The notes beneath the pieces are model-generated. The model made no database searches. It saw only the letters and a list, made by a program, of their open reading frames with translations, and was not told the origin of the DNA. A DNA stretch of 64,000 nucleotides from Podarcis erhardii (taxonomy: Eukaryota): the NCBI GenBank assembly GCA_964252035.1, contig OZ176203.1. The stretch is one strand, 5' to 3'. Below, one piece after another: positions 50,394-62,090 of this stretch. Positions within the stretch are counted from its first letter, which is position 1; the number at the start of each line of letters is the position of its first letter. The position numbers were made by a program, and so were the translations under genes.

Positions 50394-50925
50394 AGAAACC
50401 TACCAAAGGAAAACTAATTGCTGAATAGACCTCAGCATCAGGACCAAGTGGAGTCTATTGTGGGCAGAAACAAACACACAATCAGAAGGCTAATTAAAAA
50501 CAGCGTGAGAAAAACCACAGAGAGTTCAGGAGACCATGCTGGAGATAAGGAGGAGAGGAATTGTACAGATACTGAACAAAGAAGACTTCACCTTAAGGGG
50601 TGTGGTAGAGAGAGGGCAGGATTACGGGTCCTTTCTCCTCCCTTGTCAAGATTATGGCTAGAATTGTGTCTTGTTTCAATCCCCCTCCCACCAAAGGGGC
50701 AAAAATAAATAAATAAATAAGCAAGCTGATACATACTGACCAAGTACAGTATTCAAACTTACAACTAACAACACTCATGGAGAACAGATGTTCTTAACTT
50801 GCAGTTCAGGGATGAGGAACCTTTGGCACTTGGGACTCTCCCCAGAACATACGTCTCACTGGCCCTGCTTAGGTGCTTTTGACTTAGCAGTGAACTGTGA
50901 TAATACCTCTTGATTGCCTGGATAA

Positions 50926-50927
<2 letters not shown>

Positions 50928-50966
<39 letters not shown>
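50928..50966. repeat. (GT)n microsatellite
   Basis: Perfect GT run. Confidence 0.98.
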
Positions 50967-50967
<1 letters not shown>

Positions 50968-51049
50968 AATCCTTTCATTTTTTGCATGGCTGGAATGCAC
51001 ACCCTCCAACCCTATGAAAATAGGGATGTCATTTTCCAGCATCAGCATT

Positions 51050-51150
51050 TTACTATTTATACCCCACCAATCTGACTGAGTTGCCCCAGCCACTCTGGGT
51101 GACTTCCAACATATATAAAAACATATAGAAACATCAAACATTAAATAAAT
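51050..51150 (-). mobile_element. L2-type 3' tail fragment
   Basis: tttataccccaccaatctgactgagttgccccagccactctgggtgacttccaaca, a reversed L2-type tail. Confidence 0.55.
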
Positions 51151-51557
51151 CTTCCCTATACAGGGCTGCCACCACATGGCTCTGGGGTCGGGTAACGCCA
51201 TACCCTCTGACATTTCACTGATGGTAACACGGATGTCCTCTGGAAAAGTAGGACATTCTGGGAGTACACTCTGGGATGGCTTCTGTAAATCAGGGATTGT
51301 CCCTGGAAAGTAGGAGACGTAGAGGGTCTATGGAATGAAACCTGTCGTGGGATGTAGGGCCCTCCATTTCTCCATTCAGCTTTGCCTCTGGCCCCAGCCA
51401 CCACTGGCACATAGCTCCTGGAAGGTTGGCCATGAGGAAATGCAACCCTCAGGATTAAAGAAAACCTCCCCCACCTATATTGCAGCTCGGTGGGAGGAAT
51501 GGGTGTCTCCTAACAACTCTCAGCATCTTTATCAAACTCTGGTTCACATGATTTTTG

Positions 51558-52666
51558 TTTTGTTTTTTAAATAATTTTTATTTAGAGGCCAATCACATCA
51601 CATTAATTCCAAATCACAGTTCCAAATTACACAGCCAAATTTTTGTTGGGGGTACCCATACTTTGTGCTCCAAAAGGGATCCAAACATCTCTCTTGCTGC
51701 TGCTTTAATGTACCTTCTCTTTGTTGTTTTCCTCATCTTCTTGTTTTTATCATATATTCCTTTCTTTGTGATCTCTGATAGTCTCCACAAGCGGGTTGAA
51801 AACAAACGTTGTTATATCCTGTGTGGATTTTACACTCCTCCAAGAGCCATGTCAAACCAAAAAACAGACGCCATTTCTGCACCTCCGTACAAAACATTCC
51901 CACAGTCTGTCCATTGATTTCCACAGGCCTGCCAGTCTCTCATCAATTTTCTCAGGGGGCCCTGCCAGGTCCAACTCACATTCCGATATAGTAACACGCC
52001 ATGGTCCTCATCCCCCTCATCCTCCTGTAGGCAGGCCTGCCATAACAAATCTCTTTTTATTGCTGCGTCACACAGAACTTTCATTCCTTCCCGATCTTCC
52101 CACCAGCCATGTCTTTGATTAGTAATTTATTTCCACACATTTCTTAATCCTCCTGCTTGTGATCAGTAATTGCAACGATTCTTTTCTTGGGGGGGGGGTT
52201 ATTAGGTACTCACATAAGACAAAAAAAGAAAAGTCCCCCCTCCCCTTTTCAGTTCTGCTACATACCAATCCTTTGATGACTCTTCTTCTTGATTTATTGT
52301 TAAATCCAGCCCGTTGCTTCCACTTCACAGATATCCCTTTAATTAGCAGTCTTTACTCCCGATCTTCACTTGAAGTATGTGCATTTGCTTCTCTCTCTAA
52401 TTGTTTATTTTGAGCTGATGCAGCTAGTGCGCAATCAGAGACAGCGTCCGGGAGAGCCGGACCCACACAAGGACTTTGTGCCTAGTGCCCTCACCCCCTT
52501 CTTTTGAATCCGGGGGTGATTTATGGCCACAGCAGGCAAAGCAGTGTTCCCCATTTCCTTGAGGCAACAAGGGAGGCTGCATACTCCTATATCAGCCTCT
52601 TAATTACCTCGTGTGAGCCGGAGAGATGGTATTGTCGGCCATCTTCCAATGCACCCCTAGTGGCCC
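51558..52666 (-). mobile_element. Non-coding L1-like retroelement (1109 bp) with both ends present
   Basis: Perfect 19-bp TSD CTGGTTCACATGATTTTTG (51539-51557, 52667-52685). Minus strand starts GGGCCACTAGGGGTGCATTGGAAGATGGCCG and ends AATAAA (51577-51582) plus an A-rich tail. No long ORF. Confidence 0.75.
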
Positions 52667-53722
52667 CTGGTTCACATGATTTTTGAGGGGAAGCCACAAG
52701 TGTCGATTGTTGTATGGTACTGCTTTAAATGTGTAGCACAGATGTGGTCCTGGTCTCAGAAGAGGCTAGGAAAGTCCGCTGTGGTTCTTATCCTTCGGAA
52801 GATCTTGTCTGACCACATTCCTTTCGTAGGCAAATACTTTCTTAGGCTGACAGGACTCACTGCTTATTTGTCTCCATAGCAGTCCTGAACAAAGAGTAAG
52901 GAGGACATATTCTGAGGACCATCTCAACAAGGCATGGGTATGGGAGAAAGCCAAGCCTGTGACAACAGCCATCCCAGGAGGTGATTGTCACCCCAACAAA
53001 TCCTGGATTGGCTTTTGGCACACCACTATTTGCACTTGAAAACCTACATTTGTGGTTGTATGCTAAGAGTATTCAGGGAGTGCTGTGCATGACAATGATA
53101 CACACAGGACTGCCTTGTCATGGGCTAACACATCTGGAATGTGGAAGGGACTTGCATTTTTCCTTCACCCACCATGTGCTTAGCTGGCCATTAGAAAAAA
53201 ATATCTAAGCACAAACCCAATGTTTCACTAGCACAACATTTCTGGCACAAGATTATGGCAGGATTTCTATGCCACATTTTAAAAACAAAAATGTAAAAAG
53301 GATTAAATTGAGCCTGGAAAAAGCAACCTACACAATAAGGAAGCATAATAAAATACTCATTGTTATTTGTTTGGGTGTCTTGCAGTGAAAATTATGGAAA
53401 ATAATGAAGACTATAAAAGACGGATCAACTTGTAGAGAATTTTGCAGCAACCATATTTTTGCACAGCCTTTCACTTGCTGGGGAATGACTGTGGCAGAAT
53501 GATTTTGCTCTTGCTTGTGATATGCTTTTGCAACAGATAGCGCTAAATAAAAATCATTTTTTCTCTCTCTATTTATTGTTTTACTCTTTAGAAGGCTGCA
53601 CAGATATAATCCCTTATTCACAGATGTGAAAGCTGATAATGGCATCTTAAGTATACAATACAAATGCTTGGATGAAATGGTAGTAAAAATATAATTAAAA
53701 TACACTTAAACTGAAACTATTT

Positions 53723-54237
53723 TGTTGTATGCCACTCCAACTTTGAGGAGTGAGAGTTGTCAGAGGTTTCAGGAGATATCCCAGGGTTTGTGTTTCCTTT
53801 AGAATGAGGTAGAGAGGATATTGTGAGGTGTTTATGATAGATGGTTTATTTACATATATCTTCAACCTGAGCCTACAATGGAGAGGTTCACAGCATTAAC
53901 ACCCCAAGAGGGCCTTGCTTCCGCCAAAGCCACAGCCTTGGATTCAAACAGAAATCAAACATCACTCAGTTCCCAGCTTGCTGCTCTACTCCAGATCACA
54001 TCACTTCACTTTCTGCTCTCCACTCTGCCTTTATCCTTCTACCTACTGAGAGTTGAGGGAGAGGGCCCTACTCTCTTGCAGTCTGGCACAGAGAGCCCCT
54101 TCCTTTGTTCCCTTAATGAACCATCACACAGGCTATCACCTGATCAGGAAGCTAGCCTGGTTATTCCAATAATTAGAAGGGAACCCAGGCATTCACACAC
54201 ATCCAAAACTCATAGCAATACTTATGTTAAAGAAACA
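53723..54237 (-). mobile_element. LTR-like remnant
   Basis: Possible TGTT...AACA termini and minus-strand AATAAA near 53850. TSD is unconvincing and boundaries are tentative. Confidence 0.35.
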
Positions 54238-54839
54238 TTTTGTTGTGCTGTTTTCATTGTTGTTCTTAAGAAAGGGATTAGGGCTGCCTGGCCTCAGTTC
54301 CCTCCTGCCATATTAATAGGATTTCAAAGTATTTGTATTCCTGGGAGTATTCTTATGCAGTTCCTGATTACTCCAGTGAGACATACACCGGTAAAGTGGC
54401 CTATGAATAAAACCAGATAGAAATTTGTGTAATTCTGTTAGAAGCTTCCTTCCTATGGATTATCTAGGAAAAATATAAACCGCCATATTTACACTGTGTC
54501 TTGTGCCACTTAACTGGTGCTCAGGATCCTTAAAGTATTAGATCACCCAAAGCAGATTACAGAGGAGATGTTGTAGGGCTGAAAACTATCATTAGTTGCT
54601 AATCTGCAGTGAGAGAAGCATTGTCTGTACTTTCTGAAGACCGTTTTCACCTATTCTTTCATTATACAATTAAGCACTGCATCTTGGCTTTGGAAACAGA
54701 TCTGTCTTGAGATAAGGCTTGATTAAAAAAAAATAGTTTTGAGCATGGGTGGCCTCTCAGCCTTTAGGGCAAGTTAGAACACAACAAAATCATGCCCGTG
54801 CCTGTACACTGTCTGGCATACCTCAGTGGAGACCTGTGT

Positions 54840-55227
54840 GCAGAGAGAAGTGAATCTGCCATTTTTGGTTTCTCCTTTTTTCCCATCTTAATTTCACTCC
54901 ACATCAGTTTGCAAGTCCTTTGTAAGAAGTCATGAAAATTCATCAGCATTTCAGTGCAAATTTCTCCATATCTATTTCGCCCAATATATTTTTTACCAAA
55001 CAATTTCCACTAATATAATGCATTTATATATGTTATTTTCACAAATATATGCATTTTTATGCACACTTAAAGCTGCTGACATATGCATGTTTGTATACGT
55101 TACTTGACTGGTGAACTGCATTGCAAAATCTGCCAATACGTTTCAGTTCACACAATGTTTAGCAAAGTGAAAATTAGGTAGGTTCCCCTTTAAATGTAAG
55201 TTGAATGGACTTCCTCCTCCATCCCTA
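54840..55227 (-). repeat. Unclassified AT-rich interspersed repeat (family of 9230-9570)
   Basis: Reverse-oriented shared motifs (actgcattgcaaa, tttatgcacac, ttcatgaaaattc), ending ccatccct. Confidence 0.6.
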
Positions 55228-55914
55228 CTTGTGTTTTAGTACAGCTAATCTTATGCTGGTTCTTTGCCAGCTTTGACTGTGGGTTTTTAAAGTTCATTTA
55301 GAGTACGTTTTTCAAAGCATTCAGTGTTCTCCTAATTTTCAAAAGCTGCATAGCATGCAGTTATTGACAACACATTGTTTTGGCAGAGGGACCATCACAT
55401 GTAGAGCAAGGCTGCACATTAATTTTATAGAGATTTTGAAAGCGAACTTGGATATCAATTTAAGCCTCTCAGTTTAACATATGTGCAAGAAATTACAATC
55501 ATAATCCACACACTTGGATAATACATGGCTGCTGTGAAATCCTAATAATACTTTTCCAGCAGACTGACACCTCCAAAAACAAACAGAGGACTGTAATTTA
55601 TGGTGTGTGTGTGGGGGGGGGGGGAAATACTCATGCAAAGTGTTTCTCTTTGAAAATTAGTACTTGTGAGATTCTTTAGCACATGGAAGAATAATGCAAA
55701 GCTCCAAATATGAAACAATATCTGAACATATTATTCTCTGAACAATAATTTGGCATTCACATATTGTGCCGCTATTTGTGTCTGTTTGGAAATATGACCA
55801 TGTAAAGAGATCTGCATACTGTCATGATTACTCACCATTAATCAGTTATATGTTTTGGCTGTAGTGGCTGAAACTTGACTAGGTTTTCTTTAAAAGAATT
55901 GGAATAAATAGCCA

Positions 55915-55993
55915 TCCATGTCTACTCAGAAGTAGATCCTACTGAAGTCAGTGGGGCTTGCTTCCAGGTAAGTGGGAAAATGAATGCAGCCTA
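55915..55993. repeat. Short squamate repeat (family of 1052-1142)
   Basis: catgtctactcagaagta...gggcttgcttccaggtaagt...tgcagcc. Confidence 0.5.
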
Positions 55994-56299
55994 AGATACC
56001 AGTTTAAGTTCGAATCTGAAGGCATGGGATCTGTTGCAGTGCTGTACCTTCCTAAACTGCCAGGGTAACATGAAAGAACCGGGCATGCATAGCGAGCCTG
56101 CCCTGCAGCTCCATCTCACCCTAGCATCACTCTTCAGGACACTGTGTTTACACTGGCAACATGCAGGAGCAACAATGTGGGCTTTTCCATGTGGTTAGAG
56201 GCTACTGGGCCCATCCAGTATCAAAGGAAGGAAAAAGGCTGTATTTGCCTCCCATGCCACAGAAGTAACATAAGAACCCAGGCAAAAAGAAGCAAACTA

Positions 56300-56484
56300 G
56301 ACTATAGCTCAGTGGTAGAGCATTTGCCTTGCATGCCAAAGATCCCAGTTCCATCCCCGGCATCGCCAGACAGGGCTAAGAAAGATTCCCTGCATGAATT
56401 CCTGGAGACCTGCAGCTAGTCAGTAGTGATAATACTGAGCTAAATGGAACAATGGTCTGACTCAGTATATGGCAGCTTTCTATG
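56300..56484 (+). mobile_element. tRNA-derived SINE
   Basis: A-box tagctcagtgg, degenerate B-box agttccatccc, body cctggaga...atactgagctaaatggaacaatggtctgactcagtat, and ctatg end. Confidence 0.8.
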
Positions 56485-57559
56485 GCCCTATATTCATAGC
56501 TAGTCTTTAAGTTTTTACAATGATGCATCTCTTCTGCACTAGGATCTTATTAAAGTACAAAGAATATAAAAGATGAGACAAAGTATTAAACTAAGTTTTA
56601 CCCACTGAAATTGATGGTGCTGTCTTTGCCATGTTTGTTAATTTTAGTGGGTATACTCTGAGTAAAACTTCACTGGAACCATCCTCTTATTCCCTTTCTT
56701 CCTGCAACAAATTATATCTTTCACATTGTCTCATTGAATGTTGGCAACATTACATTGACACTGCATGTCTCTCAAGTGCTTCTGGAATATGAACCCATAG
56801 CATTTTTCATTTGGCCCCACTCCGCTGTCCATATTAACCCTGTAGTCTCCCCATTCAAATGTCACATGATGAGTACATATTGGGAGCAGTTCCAGCAGGG
56901 GTGGGTGGGGAAAGTCTCCACACTCCACATATTGAACATACAAGTGGAGCTCAAAGCTTCAGAACATCAGGGCAGGTGTTTGAAGAAAATTCTTGCAAAA
57001 AATGACATATTAAATAGGGAGGTCCTGTGAGCATTTATTACTTAATGAAGTTACAGAAACCAGTAATTTGGATTAAGAATAGATAATAGTCCAAGACGTC
57101 AAACATCAACAATGACTGAAGTATCTTTACTTCTGTGAGTTTGCAGATAAGGATAAGGAATGGGCTATATGACACCTCACATTTGTTCATGAGGATATGT
57201 TCAGCATTTTAAGCACACAGCTTTATTTAAGATTTTATAAGAATTTCAATAGTTCTCCACAAGGCACTCTAGAGAATTATTCCTAATGCATTCCTTAAAA
57301 TAGCTCCCTGTCAAGATATCAAATGGAAATTCTGAGCTGTTTCTAATGTTATGAATTTTCTACATGAATAGCACTTCCATGTAGGTAGCTGTGTGGACAC
57401 TGTGTAGAGATCATCATGTATGAAAAACATACATAAATCTGTTTCACTGAGTAAATACTTGTGGAGAAGCAATGACCAATCGCAGCTTCTGACAATCTGC
57501 TCATAGTGCTCTGCACTATGAAATGTCCTTCACAGAAATGCAATCCATGTATGAAAATT

Positions 57560-57820
57560 CAATTAAGATGATCAAGGGTCCATTTAGTTCTGTATTCTGT
57601 GTCCCACATCAGCAACTAGATACCTCCATGAAGGAAGGTATGAAGCCAATAGCTTTCTCCTGCTGTTGTTTCTCAACAAATGAAATCTGAACATGGAAGC
57701 TGCATATAAATATCATGATTAGTAGCCATTGATAGACTTTTCCTCCATGAATATTTCCACTTCACATTGAAAACCATCCATATTTGTAGTTATCAATATA
57801 AGTTGTGACACTGAATTCCA
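57560..57820 (-). mobile_element. Old CR1 3' fragment
   Basis: atcatgattagtagccattgatagacttttcctccatgaat...aaaccatcca...gaattccacaaat, the reversed CR1 ORF2 end and UTR. Confidence 0.5.
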
Positions 57821-57989
57821 CAAATACATTCTCAACTTGTGTATGCAGACAAACAGATGCTAATTCAAATTACTGTATATGAGTAAAGTAAAGGATATAA
57901 GTACACCAGAACTAAGATTGCTACAGGGGAATCTTGATTAATATCGGTAACACTCAAATAGCACCTTTGATTTCCAACAGCTGCAGTAG

Positions 57990-58127
57990 AAACATAGAAC
58001 TGTAGAGTTGGAAAGGGACCACCAGGGTCATGAACTCAACTCCCTGCAATGCAGGAATATTTGCCCAATATGGGGCTCAAACCCACAACGCTCAGATTAA
58101 GAGTCCCATGCTTTATGGACTGAGCAC
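57990..58127 (-). mobile_element. Short tRNA(Lys-like)-head / CR1-tail SINE
   Basis: Minus strand gctcagtccataaagcatgggactcttaatct...gggtttgagcccc head joined to cctgcattgcaggg...ttccaactctacagttctatg CR1 tail. Confidence 0.75.
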
Positions 58128-59944
58128 TTACTGGACCATTTGCTCTTCAAAACCATGTGTTGATGCATGCGAGTTCTGTAATCAAATACTTAATATATAT
58201 CTAATCATGATCAAAGCATATTAAGTGGCTTTTGTTGTTGTGAAGCCAACAGTTGAAGTGTCTGGATTTGAGGACACCACTGTCCAGACTATGTATACTA
58301 TAATGAAAACTAGTGTAGGCACTAGGCACCAACCAGCCAGATGCCGTTATCTCCTGTGCTTCTGTCTCAGGTTAGATTTAAATCTACATGCCCTTATGCT
58401 GTGCAGGTGCATTTGAGTCCTTGATTAACATGGCACAATATTTAATTACCTCACAGTCGCTCATGCCATGTCTGGCTATTTCCACATTGGATCTTAGAAT
58501 GTGATCCCTTGTCATAGGTGTTAATTACTGAGGCAGCAATCTGAATGACATTAGCTCAACATTATTACAGCTTGCATTCTATGTAATTACCATATAGCTA
58601 TAATTAATCTAGCATTAAAAACAACCTATTTTATTCTATGCTTTATTAAAACCTCATTGCCAGCAGAGAATGTGCTGCCTGTTCATCTACGGTGTCGTGC
58701 TGTTCAGTTCCCTCATTTTTATTGACTCCAGGGATGTTGGTGGCCCTCAGTCACTTTCTGGAAGTACTCATCACTTCACAGGATGATGCCCTGCATGAGC
58801 AATGCTGCTTTCTATTCGCATATCCCTTTGCTGATAATACAAAAGTGTGCGGTGATCCATTGGCTATTATTGACAGAGCTCATGCTAGACTTGAATAAGA
58901 GAAACTGCAGCCCTCCAGCAGTTTTCATTTGAATAGTGGAATAAAACCAGAGAGAAGACAGAAAGAAAGAAAGAGGCGTTAACTTTCCTCCTGCTAAATC
59001 TTTACCTTTTCAGGTGTCTTTTTATTCCAATGGACTATTTTTGAATACTCTGTGGCAAACTTCCATTGATCTTTATATTCTAATACTAGAACAACATTGT
59101 AAAGAGTTTCTTTCTTTTCAGAGTTCCTTTTAAAAAATGCAACTGCTGTGTATAATAATTTCGTCGAGAAGGTCTGGCTAGCTATTATTCACGTGCTTTA
59201 TTAGCTATTGTTAATTACTGTAATTTCTAGTATCCTTCTTCTACATCCGAGCTCTTGTCGGATTGTGGCAATTCCTTTTTAATATCTTCACAGTACAGAG
59301 CCCCCTCCCCACTCATTTAGTCAGGGCTGAGGGGTAGGTGGGAAACAGCTGGTCCTTATTTGGCCTAGTGGAATCTCCTTAGATGTATCCTATAAGCTGC
59401 ATACGCATCAAACATCTCCATTTACTACCTCTCCCTGGCACATCAGGTCCCCTAGCCTGGTAAGTGGAGCGATTCTGATAGCATACCCTCCAACATTTTC
59501 CAGCAAAACACTGGAACATGTGGCTTTGGGTGCTGCACTGCCCTATGAGTCAGCAGGCTCATGGAGAACCACAGACACCAAAAGAAAATGGAGTCAGCCT
59601 GCCGCCTCCTCTACCACAGCCTCTACCCAGCATCTGCTTGCTCTCCTCCCTCCTCACTCAGTTCCTCTGCCCTCACATTGCCATGACAGCAGCAGTGGCA
59701 GAGAAGGGCTGACAAGAGTGTTGCATGCATTCGCTGCCTCTGTATCCCACCCCCACAAGAGTTCTCCTTGAGGAGGGTACCCTGCTAAGGGCAAGCACTG
59801 GCTCATCCTTCTCCTGTGCTCAGTGGTAATGCTGGATGGGGAAAATAGGACATTTGTGGATCAAATCAGAAGCGAGGATAGCTTCTGTAATACTGTGAAT
59901 GTCATGGCTACATACAGACACTTGACAGGCAGGCACAGAGATAA

Positions 59945-60062
59945 TGCTTTGGCCCTCCAGATGTTGAACTACAGCTCCTATCATCCCTGATCTTTAGTCA
60001 TACTGGCTACAGCTGATGGGAACTGGAGTTCAACAACATCTGGAGGGCCACAAATTCCCCAC
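59945..60062. mobile_element. Short hAT-type MITE
   Basis: ggccctccagatgttg ... caacatctggagggcc internal inverted repeat. Confidence 0.6.
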
Positions 60063-61914
60063 CACCGATATACTGAAATAGCCTTCCCAAACCACCCATG
60101 TACACATTAGCATATACAAATCTCAAACATAATTTCCATCAGATTTATTTCATTTTGTCTTTAACAAAGCAAGTTGATACCATTTCAGTTTCTATTGCTG
60201 CGCTAACAGAGTAAAACCCAAGAATCCGATTATTCCAATTCTTCTATAGTTTGCACTTATTTGAAACTAAGTAGTCTGGAGAATTAGATTTGGTTCAGAA
60301 ATCAAAGCAATCCTATTGTTCCCTAGTAAGTATGACATGAGTCGCTCTGTTGCAACAATCCCTCTGCATTCCACTCCTAATTGCCTCCAAATTAACAAAA
60401 GGGTTAGATGCATCTCACTGTGAGAGAATGAATGCTTCTGATCCCTGCTGCTAATGATGATTCTGCTAAATATATACCAGATCAGTAGTTTAATAAGGAA
60501 TCTGTCAGCTGAACAACTGAATCAGCCATTTTATGAATTATCTGTAAATTGGCAAGCCCTCGCAACGTTTTACTCTTTCTACAACGTAGGTGAATATTCT
60601 TTCTTCCTGTCAACAGCAATCCTCTTCCATCTATTTGGACACTAGAGATTGTAAAGCTGCCCCATTATGTAAATTACCCCCCTTAATACTTTTGGGGGGA
60701 AATCCACTTGTGCATCAGTACACTTTGCACACTGGCTACAGTCCTCCAAATCAGAAGAAAATTCATAGCAAAAGATACTCCTGCTTCCCCTTTAGATGAC
60801 TGAGTATTTCTTCAATAAAGTCTGTAGCTTCTTTATTCTCCGAAGAAACTGATTAACAGCAGAGATTCAGCTAAGCATACATTTCAAATTTTCTCCTTCT
60901 GGGTTGTGTCTGACTGGAATTCAGAAAAAAACTAGAAATTTCCAGAGGTGGATCCTTAGACATTCAGTTGACAGAACTGTAAAAGTTTCACATTTTCTCA
61001 CCTTCACCCACCCTATTCTTTTGAAAGTTTTCTCTGGACGCCTGGATTTATGATCACATAGGCTAGAAAATAAGAACCAGTAAGTGATTAGATCAATGTC
61101 AAGTAACTGGCTTCCCTCAATCTTCCCCTTCTCACCAACCCTTAACATAATCAGTGGAGACATTTCTTTGGAACTGTTAGCTCAGAGATCCTGTTGTTCA
61201 CTGCGGGGGGGGGGGTGCATTGTGGCCCTGTGCAAACATTCAAATGCCACAAATGAAAAAGTTGAGATGATAATGTGCAATTGTTTTGCCAATTAACTCT
61301 GCAGATTCTTTAAAGGATCTTTGGTAATCAATATATGAGGGAAAATATATTTTTATTTGAACAGAATAGGAAAACCTCCTCAAACAGGAACAAAAAAACC
61401 AACAACCTCAAACAGCAAACCTTCTTAAAACTAGAAAGAACCTCAAGGAACAATTCCAAAGGAACAATTGCCTCCACCAGACCTTCACCCACATACAACA
61501 CCAGATCCAACCATGGGAAGCCTCAACTGTGTTTGGTCCATCATCCTCTTCCTCTGACCACATTGCCCTGCACTATTTACACCTGCCTCAACCAGGTGGA
61601 GTGAAATATATCCACAGCCATTACCTGTGGCAATTAGGGGTCCTAATCAGGGCAATCAAGCCCCAGCTTGGCCACCCTTGAAGGTAGGAGTGTTCCTGCA
61701 AGGACTCACAGGAAGGGTTGGCTGCGTAAGGCCAAACCTACACCTCCTTGGTTTTTCTTCTGCATTTTCCACTACAGCAATACACATAGGCTGCGAGCAT
61801 GTGATCTGTACTCTGCAAAAATGGAGGGTACAGATACTGTATTCAGCTCATACATATATATGTGTGTGTATGTCTTTAGGCCTTTGTGTCAGGAACAGCA
61901 TAATAAGACCACAG

Positions 61915-62090
61915 GAACACAATAAGGGGCTGTTAGATCAGCCCAATGTCCCGTTGAATCCAGCATCCTGTTCTCAGAGTGGGCCACCAGATTCCTGTGG
62001 GAAGCCTGAAGTAGGACATGAGCACAACAGCACCCTGCCCACTTGTGAATCCCAGAAACTGGTATTCAGAGGCATACTGCCTCAAGGCTG
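61915..62090 (-). mobile_element. CR1-type 3' tail fragment
   Basis: tccagcatcctgttctcagagtgggccaccagattcctgtgggaagcc...ctggtattcagaggcatactgcctc. Confidence 0.65.

Noticed and set aside
53878-54420. 180-aa ORF
   Set aside because: No recognisable domain, it overlaps LTR-like sequence, and it has no splice or expression support.
56300-56370. tRNA gene
   Set aside because: The B-box is degenerate and the sequence continues into a SINE body. The same applies to 58060-58127 and 26750-26813.
61330-61790. Possible LTR on the minus strand
   Set aside because: Termini and TSD could not be defined.
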